Source: Octopus vulgaris (taxonomy: Eukaryota). From it: DNA of 64,000 nucleotides. Positions 28,309-41,879 of this stretch are shown one piece after another. The translations under genes and the position numbers were made by a program. Under the pieces are notes generated by a model. It did no database searches. It saw nothing but the letters and a program-made list of their open reading frames with translations, and was not told where the DNA came from. The stretch lies in assembly GCA_951406725.2 (NCBI GenBank), contig OX597817.1, forward strand, positions 141,360,001 to 141,424,000, written 5' to 3'. Within the stretch, counting starts at the first letter, position 1; every line of letters starts with the position of its first letter.

Positions 28309-28987
28309 GTATGCATATAATGATTTTCTGACGTCATTTAAAAATGGTTTTACGTCTCTACTGTAGTTGTGTTCCAATTTTCTACATAACGATCTAATTT
28401 TAAAATAAATTTAAATCACTGATGACCGTGAATGCATAGGAAATAAATTAGTTGATGATGAGACTCAATTATTATTCTGATTTATTTCAACTATATGACT
28501 TCATTTTTTTTATTTGTGGGTAGTCAAGAAATCCTAATCAGAGATCACGATCATTTTCAAGATTATTGTTACCTGCGAGAAAAAAAGATAAAAATATTTA
28601 ATTGGTCCAAACTGTTTCAATACAGTGACCAATCAAAAGGCCATTCGTGGGTCACATGGAGGTATTAAAGAGCATCACAGATTAAATCTGCCATCGCAAA
28701 ATAGAAATAAGTCCATAAGTAGTATTCCACACATTTCAAGTCCAACAAATTTCACCCCAAAACTAAACACAATTCGAGGACATGATGGACATCACTTGCC
28801 CCAAAAGCCAGGCAGTAAAATTGAATCCAGAAAAAAAAACCTTAAGAAACTGACCTCCTAATCTTTTTTTTATAATCACGGCTCCATGCCTCTTTATTGT
28901 TGTTCTGGTAAATGAAAAATTATATAGGCTAAAATCTTTCAAACTGCTGACTCGACCAGCGCATCAGTATGTAAAAAATATATTAAC

Positions 28988-29022
<35 letters not shown>

Positions 29023-29390
29023 CATGCATACATATATATATATATAATTATAACAATAAGGGTTTTGCAACAAGTTGCAAAAGATTCGTAGTTTTGTCGT
29101 AGGGGGGAAATAATCACCGAAGACTGTTTGATTTCATTATTTTCCTTCATTTTTTGCTATATGTGAGTTACCAATATTGTTGTCTGTGGAGACATATTTT
29201 TGTAGAAAAAGGAAATAGTAGTCCATTGGCTGCTATTTCTAAAATTTTCGGTATGTGGTCAAGCAAACCCTTATTGTTATAATTATATAAGTTTTTACCG
29301 AATATGGTCCTTTTCCATACCGAAATACTACTTGGTGAAAGTTGTTGATTTTATTAAATTAATTATATTTCACCCTATATCTGTAATGAG

Positions 29391-29727
<337 letters not shown>

Positions 29728-30859
29728 ACAAACAAAAGAAGTAAATGAACAAACTTTAGAACCATGTATTTTCTGATTTGTTGGAAATCATGTTAATTCA
29801 TAAACGAAACGAAATATTATATCCTAATGTATTTATCTATAAACCCACAGTCAGTGATTTTTCGCTTTTGATGCAACTAATGTTTTTGCTGTTTTTTCAT
29901 TTGCTGTCATCGAATAATTTCACACTATTTTATTATTATTATTATTTTGTATCTCTGTTGCTTATTTCAACTTTAGACTGACAATATATATATATTCTTT
30001 CAGTTCAGTCGGTGTGTTATTTATTCAGTTAAGATATCACAGCCAGAAATAAGACATCTTCCGCTACAATACTCTAATTGATCGATTCTCAGACTGAGAC
30101 TGGAGTTGATTATCTAAACTATAAAGGAAATCAAAACGAAATAGATGGAGTAAATATTAAGTTTAAAGCTTCTAAGAAAATGCAACTGGAAAACAAAACG
30201 TAATTTCAGAAGTTATTTTTCCTAATGAAGCGACACATCCATTTGGAAATCGTTCTCATTATTAGATTATCAGGCTCCAATAGATTGAAGGTTAAGAAGT
30301 TTATAGTTATATTATACTTTTTCAAATCTTAACTACTCTATTATACAATCTGAGATAATTTCCGTAGGTTGAATTTCAATTTCCAGATTGTGTAGTCCCA
30401 TATAATCTACTTATTATATCTGCATAAATACATGCATGCATACATACATTCTCCAGTCGAAAGACGCCTGTTGTTATGTCCTGTTATTACTATTATTGTT
30501 TTTTGCATTTATATTCGTATTATATTTTGTTTATTGTATTTATATTCGTGTAATATCGTCCGTTTTTCTGCCCTTGTTTCGTATACATTCGATCCATTTT
30601 CCAAGGAATCTAATGCTCTTAGCTTAGTTTTTCCTTGGGGCTGGCCAGATTGGAGCAATCTCACGATTAATCAGCCGAAATTGCGAGGATGATCCGGTTC
30701 TTGACTGAAGATTAAAGGCTTCGAATGACCCGTCCGTGTTTTTTGTATAGTCTATTTGGATGTTTTGCGTTCTTGTCCCCTTTTGTATTTTTATATGTGT
30801 ATACAAATGTGTGTGTGTGTGTGTATACACATACATACATACTTACATACATACATACA

Positions 30860-30908
<49 letters not shown>

Positions 30909-31362
30909 GTTGGTCGATTTAAATGCGTCTATCTTTATATTTAACAAAGTTGAAATTCATTGAATCTTTACATGCTTATATTTCTATTAACACACGTAAA
31001 TTCATATATTTGGTAAGGCTTCTAATAACTGCTTCAGTCTATTTAGTTACGTCTCTACGTTCCTATTGCATTCATCGTCCCTGGGTTGATAAGCATTATT
31101 ACATCTATTAGGCAAGTGGGTTGTTAGATTCAGTATTGTTTACGTTACTTTCCGATTTTGGATCCAACCAAAGTCATGTTTCCATCTGTTCTTCCAAGTG
31201 TTGACAGAAATTAATACATTTATAAGGATAGTAAACCTATAGATCCGCTAGAGTCTGAACAAGCCCCTTGCTGCTTTTAGTTATACATCTTTAAGTTCTG
31301 ATTTTGAATCGAACTTAGGTCAATGATCTCTCTCGTCCTCCCGCGGTTGATGGCCTAAATAC

Positions 31363-31778
31363 CTATTTCTTTACTACCCACAAGGGGCTAAACGCAGAGA
31401 GGACAAAAAAGGACAGACAAACGGATTAAGTCGATTATATCGACCCCAGTGCGTAACTGGTACTTATTTAATCGACCCCGAAAGGATGAAAGGTAAAGTC
31501 GACCTCGGTGGAATTTGAACTCAGAACGTAGCGGCAGACGAAATACCTATTTCTTTATTACCCACAAGGGGCTAAACACAGAGAGGACAAACAAGGACAG
31601 ACATAGGTATTAAGCCGATTACATCGACCCCAGTGCGTAACTGGTACTTAATTTATCGACCCCGAAAGGATGAAAGGTAAAGTCGACCTCGGCAGAATTT
31701 GAACTCAGAACGTAGCGGCAGACGAAATACCGCTAAGCATTTCGCCCGGCATGCTAACGTTTCTGCCAGTTCGCCGCC
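31363..31778 (-). mobile_element. SINE family A: head plus two 184-bp modules (31363-31546, 31547-31730), inserted into an older opposite-strand SINE remnant
   Basis: Near-consensus modules; flanks TAAATAC / TAAGTAC look like an imperfect TSD; decayed plus-strand family A-like sequence continues on both sides. Confidence 0.85.
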
Positions 31779-32647
31779 TAAGTACCAGCCAGGTACTATG
31801 CTGTCCTAAACAATAGAAGCCATGTGCCTCTATTATCTATCATAATACAGACATTTATCAGTTTATTGATGTTTGTTTAAAACATTTCTCAGCTACTGAA
31901 CCAATACAATTTATAGGACGCTACTCTTTAACTATCTCGCTTATTTACCAATTTATTTACACTCGTAATTTTCTAGTCTTTTATTAATTCTTTGAGATAT
32001 TTCTACTCCATTTTCCACTTTTCGTGATCTATGGCGACATTTAATGAAAAAAATGTTATAAAAAGAACCCCAACAAACAGCAAAAAGAAGAGAATATAAT
32101 CTACAAATCAAATTATATATTTAAATTTATTGGTTCGATCACGTCTTAATTTAACCTACAAAAGATAAGATTGAAATTTCATTTGTATTTCTTTTTTATT
32201 TGCATAGTTTCAATTACACAAAACTCTATCATCTGTTTCTCATTCCAGTTTCGCCTATAATTAGCAACGTTGGTTTTATATTCTTATATTCTTAGATTTT
32301 GAACTCTATCACCTCTCACTATATTCTTCACTATTTTGGTTCTGTTTTGTATTTTAATATACTTGACTTTCATCAAAATCTTTTCTCCTTCCTCTTTATC
32401 GTATTGTCTCGCCTGTCAATATGGTTTTCTTTCAATAATGAACGGCGATTGGAAAATGGAATTTTTTAATAAAATCTCCTTGTTCTTTTAATATATTTAG
32501 TCCAGGAATTTTACTATTTCCTCGTCAATTTCATCAACGTCTCGTATAGTTTACAGTGTATCAATTGAATGTATTCTTTAATATACATTGTCAGATTCTT
32601 GTTAATTGTTATTTATAATACTATATCTTATTAAATATTGCTGAGAA

Positions 32648-33040
32648 AGCGGAGAACAGGAAGAATCGTAAGCAGACCCAGACAAAACGCTTGGCGGTAT
32701 TTCGTCTGCCGCTACGTTCTGAGTTCAAATTCCGCCGAGGTCGACTTTGCCTTTCATCCTTCCGGGGTCGATACATTAAGTACCAGTTACGCACTGGGGT
32801 CGATATAATCGACTTAATCCGTTTGTCTGTCCTTGTTTGTCCTCTCTGTGTTTAGCCCCTTGTGGGTAGTAAAGAAATAGAAACAGGTATTTCGTCCCAA
32901 ATTACGTTTTAAGTGAAAATTCCGGTGAGGTTAATTTTTGCCCTTCCTCCTTCGGGGTAGATGAAATAAGTACTAGTTGAGCAGTTCTGTTGGTGCCATT
33001 GAAATAACTGGCCTTGTACCATAATTTAAGGTCATTCCTT
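32648..33040 (+). mobile_element. SINE family A: decayed head, near-consensus 184-bp module (32697-32880) and decayed body
   Basis: Module is almost identical to other copies while both flanking parts are heavily mutated; another decayed copy follows at about 33055-33230. Confidence 0.8.
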
Positions 33041-33256
33041 AATATTAGATTAAGTTGGCGAGCTAGTAGAATAGTAGAAACAAAACGCTAAGCAACATTC
33101 TTTTCCGGTTTTTCAAGTTCTCTGTTCAAATTCTACCGAGGTCGACTTTGAAATAAGTTCTAGTAATTCAGGTAGTTAAGTAAACTCCTCCACTAAAGTT
33201 GCTGACCTTGTGCCGAAATTTGAAAGAATTACTATATACTAGAGCGTTACTTGTAA

Positions 33257-33581
33257 GTGAAGGAGCGTGGCTTAGTGGTTAGGGCATTCGGCTCACGATT
33301 GTAAGGTCGTGAGTTCGATTCTCGGCGACGCGTTGTGTCCTTGAGCAAGACACTTTATTTCGCATTACTTCAGTCCACTCAACTGGCAAAAATGAGTTGT
33401 ACCTGCATTTCAAAGGGCCGGCCTTGTCACACTCTGTGTCACGCTGAATCTCCCTGAGAACTACATTAGGGGTACACGTGTCTGTGGAGTGCTCAGCCAC
33501 TTGCACGTTAATTTCACGAGCAGGCTGTTCCGTTGATCGTATCAGCTGGGACCCTCGTCGTCGTAACCGACAGAGTGCTCC
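33257..33581 (+). mobile_element. tRNA-derived SINE with a second head (H2), a CORE-like body and tail T1
   Basis: A/B boxes TGGCTTAGTGG and GAGTTCGATTC; CORE-like TGTGTCCTTGAGCAAGACACTT; tail shared with family B; TSD TACTTGTAA at 33248-33256 and 33582-33590. Confidence 0.85.
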
Positions 33582-33969
33582 TACTTGTAATATGACCGGG
33601 TACATTTGGAAGTATACTTTTGCAATCATGATTACTATCAGGAGATATGGCATGCAGACAATATTTATAATTTCACTTTTATCAAAATTGTTGGTGCTTA
33701 TACAAAATGATGAAATGAATATAAATTCTCCAAAGAAAAATATTTATTACCAACATCAAAAACTCCTCGTTTGTGTATTTGTAATAAAAATGTTTTACTA
33801 CATTTATCAACGTAATCACCAGCTACTCCATTAAAAACGTTTCTCAGCAATGTAGGAAAGTAGCTGGCTTTGCAAGTAGGAGTAAGTTAGTTGTTTGTCT
33901 AAGTGAAGGGAAGACAAGTAGAGAGAAATACTGCAATACACAGAAATAATCACCCAACATAGACAATGA

Positions 33970-34023
<54 letters not shown>

Positions 34024-34246
34024 GGATCACTGAAAGAAAAACATTGCAGCGAAAAATGTATAATTTCTGTTTTCTGTTTTCCTGTGTCACACACAAATAC
34101 CCGAACATCCGAACCCATCACATATTTGCCATCTCAGACAGCAATGCTCTATTCCATCCTATAAACGATATTGTGCTTATCCGAATTTTTAAACCAGTTG
34201 GCTTCATGAAAGCTGACAGGTATAGAAATCGGACAACTAGGAAGAC

Positions 34247-34302
<56 letters not shown>

Positions 34303-34655
34303 TGTTAATGACATAGATTCAATCCTGCACAAGGTACAATGCTACGTTGTCCTTTAAACGGGATAACGTAGCATTTTCATGCTACAAAAGATATTATCAC
34401 AAAACACCGTAAAGATCAGCATATTTCCTGATCTACTGAAAGATTTAGCACCTAAAAGAACATAAGGAGAAAAGAAATAGCAGCGCCGAAGCTAAAATTA
34501 CAAGTCTGTTTCTCGTACATTCCACAAATTAAGATTATATATAAGATTATCCGAAAAAGAGTACATCTGTATTTTGAGGAAAACAGCATCTAAAATTTCG
34601 TTTTTGGATTTGGTTTGCAACATTCTTTATATGAGTTCGTGTGTTGAAGCATATT

Positions 34656-34895
34656 CTGTTGTGTCTGGGGAGAGCCATTCTCTTTTAGTGCCTTATAATG
34701 TAACACACTCACCGGTAAAATTTCCACTTTTTTCTTATTTTTATTTTCCTAAAAATATTTCAAAACTATTGAAAAGGTTGCAAGACGCAACGAAAATTTT
34801 AGGAAAATAAAAGTAAGAAAAAAGTGGAAATTTTACCGGTGAGTGTGCTACATTATAAGGCACAAAAAGAAAATGACTCTCCCCAGACACAACAG
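34656..34895. repeat. Inverted repeat, ~105-bp arms with a ~30-bp spacer
   Basis: 34656-34761 is the reverse complement of 34792-34895; direct repeat AACAGCATCT at 34582-34591 and 34891-34900. Confidence 0.9.
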
Positions 34896-34909
34896 CATCT
34901 TAAATGGTC

Positions 34910-35260
34910 CACAGTATGGTGTTTGACAGGATGAGGCTATCTGGTAAAACGATCTCCTTAACAGAGATATGGAAATTGCCTGCATATACCTCGAATTTGT
35001 TTAAAGTTTCGAACAACATTGATCACGAAATTCCTCTGTTGTTGATTAAGGCATCTTAGTAACGCACGAAAACACGTTCTGTCTTTGGTCTTTTGTTGAG
35101 TAGAAAGAAAATCTGCTGCTGCTACGGCTGTTTTTTTCTTTTGTTTATTGGTAAAGTTACCTGTACAATTATTAATTTGTATACCTCAAGGAAAGTTACT
35201 CGGACCGCATTTTGTTTATTACACTGGCAGACTCACCAGCATTCTTAGTCAATCTACATA
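34910..35260 (+). mobile_element. Decayed CR1-like LINE RT fragment
   Basis: IACIYLEF....IDHEI and IPQGKLLGP resemble RT motifs YLDFAKAFDKVDH and GVPQGSVLGP. Confidence 0.5.
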
Positions 35261-35451
35261 TTTGTGATAATCGAGTCACATGGAACGAAAACTTTCAATG
35301 GTAAGCAATACTTGCTGGAGATGCCATCAGTCTTATGAATAAACTAATGCTCACCTAACAATGGACAGACAAAAGAAACTCATTTAAGAAACATACTCAA
35401 TTCTTAAGTAAAAAGTAGACAGGCGCAGAAGTGGCTGCGTGTAAATAGCTA

Positions 35452-35615
35452 TAGGCGCAGGAGTAGCTGCGTCGTAAGTAGCTTGCTTAACAACCACATG
35501 GTTCCGGATTCAGTCTCTATGCGTGGCACCTTAGGCAAGTGTCTTCTAGCATAGCCTCGGGCCGACCAAAGCCTTGTGAGTAGATTGATGGACGGAAACT
35601 GAAAGAAGCCCGTCG

Positions 35616-35676
<61 letters not shown>

Positions 35677-35895
35677 ATATGTGTGTGTATGCGTGTGTAT
35701 GTTTGTGTGTCTGTGTTTGTCCCCCACCATCGCTTGAAAACCGATGGTGGTGTTTTCAAGTCCTTGTAACTTAGCGGTTAAAGAGACCGATAAAATAAGT
35801 ACTAGGCTCACAAAGAATAAGTCCTGGGGTTGAATTGCTCGACTAAAGCCGATGCTCCAGCATGACTGAAACAAATAAAAGAATAAACGAATAAA
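35452..35895 (+). mobile_element. SINE family C with an internal (TA)n(TG)n microsatellite, full length
   Basis: tRNA-like head, CORE-like CCTTAGGCAAGTGTCTT, GAAAGAAGCCCGTCG followed by the microsatellite, and a 3' part ending ATGACTGAAACAAATAAAAGAATAA; short duplicated head at about 35420-35451. Confidence 0.85.
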
Positions 35896-36469
35896 GACAG
35901 TAAAATTATGGGACACTTGGAAATATAAAATATTCGGGAAAATTATGTCAACGAAGATATCTTTCTAAAGACACTCAATAAAGCTAACATCTGAATACAG
36001 AGACAAATTAGAATGGGTCTTAAGACTCTTAATCAAAAGGGAGGCGACTGTTTTGCTGTATTTAGTTCAGTGTAGATTAGATTACTCTTTATAGCTTTGA
36101 TCTTCAAACAATTGGTCTTATGAAATGAACTGAGGGGCGATTAAGAAGGTTCACTAGGGAAATGACTTCAGCTAAAAGACTTAATTTACGATGTACATCT
36201 CTAAAGCAGCCTCACTTGTCTGAGTAAGTCTCAGGCGAAATTTCATTCCCCAGTAAATGCGAAAATTTACAATAGATTCGACAGTAATTTCAGCAGTGAG
36301 TTTCCATAAATATTTTCTTATTATTCTCATATTTGCTTCAAATTTATAATCGCAATTTAACAGACACACGCATACAGACACAGGCATACACACGCACACA
36401 CACAATACACACACATACATGAATATATTGCTGGAGTTTTGTCGTTACCTGTGTATTTGTTCACTTTTG

Positions 36470-36636
36470 AATAATGGTGAAACATTGCAATGAATTGGCA
36501 GAAGATTCGGAATCGAGCAGGGATACCCATTAAGGTTTATCATATATAACTTGAAGAAATCCTGGCAGATAAATTAAAGGGTTTTAAAGGTACATTGAAG
36601 ATAGGTGGACGAATTATCACCAATGTCAGATTTGCA
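36470..36636 (+). mobile_element. RTE-clade LINE RT fragment
   Basis: LEEILADKLKGFKGTLKIGGRIITNVRFA resembles the RTE motif IGG..I.NLRFADD; cut by a poly(A) run. Confidence 0.6.
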
Positions 36637-37143
36637 AAAAAAAAAAAAAAAGAAAAATTATAATACGGTGGTTTGTTTGCAGAAACCAGTGATTTGAAAA
36701 TCGGTCCTTTGCCATGATTTTCTCTTTTGTTGTAAAATTTCTTTTAGTTTCAACGTGCACTGAAGTTTAAACACAGAAACCTTTTGATATTAAAACCATT
36801 TTTTATACGAGAACTTTTTTTTAAGCAACCAGAATTTTTTTAATCAATTCTCTCTTTGTGTGTGTGTGTGTGAGTGCGTGTGTGTTCGTTCATGTACCTG
36901 TATGTGTTCGTGTATATGTGAGTTTATGTTTCTGTGAGTCTGTGTGCATTTGCATGTGTAAAACTTTCCTAGTGAAATATATTTCTGTAGTTTTACCTCC
37001 ACATACTCACACACACACATATATGATTAAATGGAAAAAGCATTTATATATATATATATATATATACACTGGGTAAAATTAAAATTAATAATTTTACAAA
37101 GTAGTTCGTATGTTAAAAGAACCATTATCGGTAAACTTATACA

Positions 37144-37425
37144 AAAATTTTATAATTATAAGCATAATTATAATTAGGGTTCAGCAAAATTGCTTCACCA
37201 CATACTGAAATTTAGAAATAGCAGTTAAATACTATTCCACTACCATAAGATATCTCCCAAATATCTTTTTCTCTTTGTCTGCGTGAGCTGGCAGTATTGC
37301 TGTCTGGGAGATATCTTACGATAGTGGAATAGTATTTAACTTCTATTTCTAAATTTCGGTTCGGTATGTGGTGAAGCAATTTTGCAGAACCCTAATTATA
37401 ATTATGCTTATAATTATAAAATTTT
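37144..37425. repeat. Inverted repeat, ~115-bp arms with a ~45-bp spacer
   Basis: 37144-37259 is the reverse complement of 37305-37425; related to the element at 29040-29376. Confidence 0.9.
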
Positions 37426-38107
37426 ATGTATATATACATATGTATACATATATATATGCATGTATATAAGTATGCTTGTATGTATGTATCATATATAAGA
37501 TGAATATGAATAATATGTCGAGAAGCACGTGTATTGCAAGGAGTGACAAGCTTAGTTTAATAAAATCCATGATAAATACATTTGTGTTATCTAGATGTGA
37601 GATATGGAAAGAAGAGAATAAAACATTGACATAAAATTATTAGCTTTTGAAATGAAATCGCAGAATTCTTGGTATTACCTGGAAGGGCTAGTGGACTAAT
37701 CCAATGCGTTGGCTGTAAACGGGAGATGGGGAGAGAGGGAGAGTAAGGAGTGGAGTGTGTGAGATAAAGAAGGGGAATGAATGTGAGTGAGCAGGGAGAA
37801 TAAGAGAGAGAGATAGAAGGGCGTAGGTGATAGACGGGGAAGTAAAAGCGGCAAAATGATGTAAAATATGATGGTTGAGTCACGTCGGTTGAATGACAGG
37901 GTCACTGGTAAATGTTATCATGTCGGGGAAAATAGGTGACAAAAGAAAAAGGGAGCGAGGTGGATTTTAACTTTAACTGAATGGATTGCTTTGAGACGGA
38001 TAAAGGCATTAAAAAATATTGGGGTGCATAAAGACCGGAACATGGTGAGAGGAGAATATCTTTAAAAAATTGAAATGTCGGAATAGTAGGAATGATAGCG
38101 GAAAAAT

Positions 38108-38557
38108 GCACACACACACACACAAACGCACGCACACAAACATGCACGCACACACACACACACGCACGCACACACGTACTCACATACACACGCACATACA
38201 CGCACACACACGCACCCACACGCACGCACACGCACACGCACACATGAACACACGCGCACACGCACAAACACACACGCACAATCACACGCACGCACTCGCA
38301 TATATGTCTTTCATCGTTCATCTTTTGCTTCAGTCATTACACAGCGGTCATGCTGGGTCACCACATTGAAGAATAGTTTAAGCGTAGTACTTTTTCCATA
38401 CATACATACACACATACATACATACATACACACAATGCATATATACATACATACACAAATACATACACATGCATACACATACATACATACATACATACAT
38501 ACACACGTACATACATACATATATACATATACACACATACATATATATATATATACA

Positions 38558-38588
<31 letters not shown>

Positions 38589-38702
38589 CTACATACACAC
38601 ACACACATACATACACATATGCATACATAAATACATACGTACATACATACATAGAAAGAAACATACATACATGCATACATACATACATACATACATACAT
38701 AC
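38108..38702. repeat. Degenerate (CA)n/(CATA)n microsatellite field; similar fields at about 18620-18930, 28050-28318, 40627-40925, 41460-41650, 43700-44630, 54386-54677 and 60008-60348
   Basis: Directly visible. Confidence 0.95.
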
Positions 38703-38754
38703 CTCGTTGAAAATCGGAGAAAGAAGATAATGGACGACTGCATCGAAACATCTA

Positions 38755-39050
38755 GCTTTTATATTCGGTTTAAAAAATTGCATTTATACCAATAATAATT
38801 GGAGCACTTGGTTTTGTAAGCACATGCCTAACTGTCAGTCCGGATAAGCTTGGATTTTCAGAAAAAAGAATTAATACACTGATTACAAATACCATCTGTA
38901 AACAGAAGAGTAAAACTATGCAAGACTTGTCTCAAGTTTAAAATGTGACATTTGTTTTGTTATCTATATTCCAAAGATGGAGCATTGCATCTTTGTTACA
39001 AACCGGATCCTTCTTGAGAAGAATTTAATAATCAAAAATAGAAGAGACAT
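38755..39050 (+). mobile_element. Short 3' fragment of a related R4/Dong LINE
   Basis: FIPIIIGALGFV...VKLCKTCLKFKM* parallels the C-terminus at 40375-40545; flanked by (CATA)n. Confidence 0.65.
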
Positions 39051-39154
39051 ACATACATAAACAAAAATACCGTTGTTGCTGTTGAAATTCCAATGAAGGA
39101 ACCTTGGATCTAAGTTAGAAACCGGTTCTAATCTTGAAATAAACTAATGACGTA

Positions 39155-39185
<31 letters not shown>

Positions 39186-39374
39186 CATAAACAAAAATAC
39201 CCTGTTGTTGATGTTGAAATTCCAATGAAGGAACCTTAGATATACGTTAGAAACTGGCTCCTTCTCTATTGGCATGGCATCTTGAAATAAAACTGTCACC
39301 GACATACATACATGCATACATGCATACACACATCCTCTAAACTCTCTGCATTCAATAAAACAGTGTCCTACAAT

Positions 39375-40625
39375 GTGTTTGCAGTGCCAGTACTCATACC
39401 AACGTGTCACCTGCTTGATTGATGAGATTCGAACCATTGATGTGAAAACCCGGGATTTAGTAACCAGCACACATAATTTCCACATCAACAGTGACGTAGG
39501 CCGCCTGTACCTAAAACGAAAGCAAGGCGGCAGAGGCTTAAGATCAATCCAAATAGCTTTTGAATGTCGTATCATATCCCTTCGGCAACATCTTTTAACA
39601 ACTAAGTGTTGAAATGCATCCCTTAACAAAGTTTGCATACATGAGGTTGATAACATCAAAAAGCTTGGAAGGAAGCTCCTTGAACGGCATTCCTTGTCTG
39701 ATAACCTTAAATACATGCCCAAAGAAGTCGCACAACTCTACTGTAACATATCAGATGGAAAGATGAGCGTATATGAGAAGAAGGCTAAGGGTTAGGGTCA
39801 TGTTTGTAGAAATCTCAGAGATGATAGTAACATTGATCATCAAAGCACTCCATGACGGACCAACAACGGGATTGCTACCTCTCACTTTGAAGGGTATGAG
39901 TTTGCAATCCAGAAACAGGAAATTTCAACCAAATACCTGATGCACAAAAGTGGCAGAGACGCAGGAAAAATGTGACAAACGAGGCAGACTTTCTGGAGTT
40001 AACACCGAAAATATCACCCACATCATAAGCAGTTGTCCGAAAATGTCAACCCGGTATTATCTACCGATGAGACATGATGTTGTAACTAGGACACTATATA
40101 ATGAAATCCGTCGGAAGGATAACCCCGAGGACAAAGAAATAAGAACCAACCGTATGGTAGAAGTGATAACCACTCATAATTGGTGGAATGTCCCAGTGAA
40201 AACCGCAATAACATGTAAACACAGTAGACCTAATATAATGATTTGGGATAGAGAAGAGAAATTGTATACAGTTGGGGAAATTAGCTGCCCAGCGGATGTT
40301 AACATATAGCTGAAAAAATCAGTGTAAACTATTGAGAAATCTGAAGATACTCTATCCAGATTACTAGTTCGAGTTTATACCTGTAATTATTGGAGTACTG
40401 GTATATTGCAACACACTGCCTAAATACTAATCTTGAGAAATTAGGCTTCTCAAAACCAGAAAGGAAACAGGTTATCGAAGACTACAAATTCAATCCGTCT
40501 CTGGAACTGTAAAAATCTGTAAAACTTTCCAGAAGTTTATCATTTAAATCTATGTATGAGCATGTCTAGACATGCAAGTATATGCATGAGAAGACATACG
40601 TAAAACAAAATATACAAATCTGAGA
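39375..40625 (+). mobile_element. Second R4/Dong-type LINE, 3' part with restriction-like endonuclease, pseudogenised
   Basis: NFHINSDVGRLYLKRKQGGRGL, ENITHIISSCPKM..Y..RHD.V (CCHC/RHD) and RPNIMIWDREEK..EISCP (PD-D/E-like); the ORF ends VKICKTFQKFII* before (CATA)n. Confidence 0.8.
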
Positions 40626-41510
40626 GTATACATACATTCATACATACATACATGCATACATACATGCATACATACATACATACACAAATATATAACCTGT
40701 AGATGTTGTTCAAATTCCAGTGAAGGAGACATGGATCTAGGTTAGAAACCGGCTCTTTCTCTATTGGCATGAAATCTTGAAATAAAACTGAATAATGACA
40801 TACATACGCACATACATACATATGTACATACGTACGTACATACATACATACATACAAACACACACACATACACACACAAACATGCACACAAACATACGTA
40901 GATACATGCATACATACATACATACGTAGTGACAATTTGAATAGTTTTGCAAACCGTCTTACGAGATGACTTGTATATCTCGTGATATTTCACGACATAT
41001 CATATATGTATTTTCTATATTCACTAGATAGGAAAACCTTTCATCTTCCTGGTTTCACTCCAATAGTCAGAAAGTAATATCACATAGCATTTGTCGGGTC
41101 ACTTTGCCAGATAAATTCCTGACTTAGATGAACATTATTTGACTTGTACGGGCTCATGTCAATACAAACTCCCATATCAACATGCTCACAAACTATACTT
41201 CACACACTCTCTCTCTCTTTCTCTCTTTTTCTCTTTCTCTATTGTTCACTGTTCTCAATTTCTATGTTTCTTTCTCGCCCTAACAAACACACATTAATAC
41301 GCTATCATATTCATGTGTCTATGTGTGTGTGTGTGTGAGTGTGTGTGTGTACATATGTGCACTTTAGGGTATTTGTACATATGCAAGTGTGTGCGTGCGT
41401 AAATATATTCATACAAACATGGATGCGCGTTCACGCTCAGTTACACACTTACACGCACGCATATCTATCTATTTATCTATCTATCTTTCTTTCTGTATAT
41501 ATATATTTTC

Positions 41511-41639
<129 letters not shown>

Positions 41640-41818
41640 GTATATATATGTAATCATATCAAAGGGAAATGGAAATTAATAGAAATTTTCATTTCCAGTG
41701 GCCTAGCATGTAAAAATTTAGTCCAAAAACTTACGTATATGTATACACACATATATAGATAGATAGAAATATTTATATGGACTTGTATATGCATGTATAC
41801 ACATAAATGTTTGTGTGA

Positions 41819-41879
<61 letters not shown>

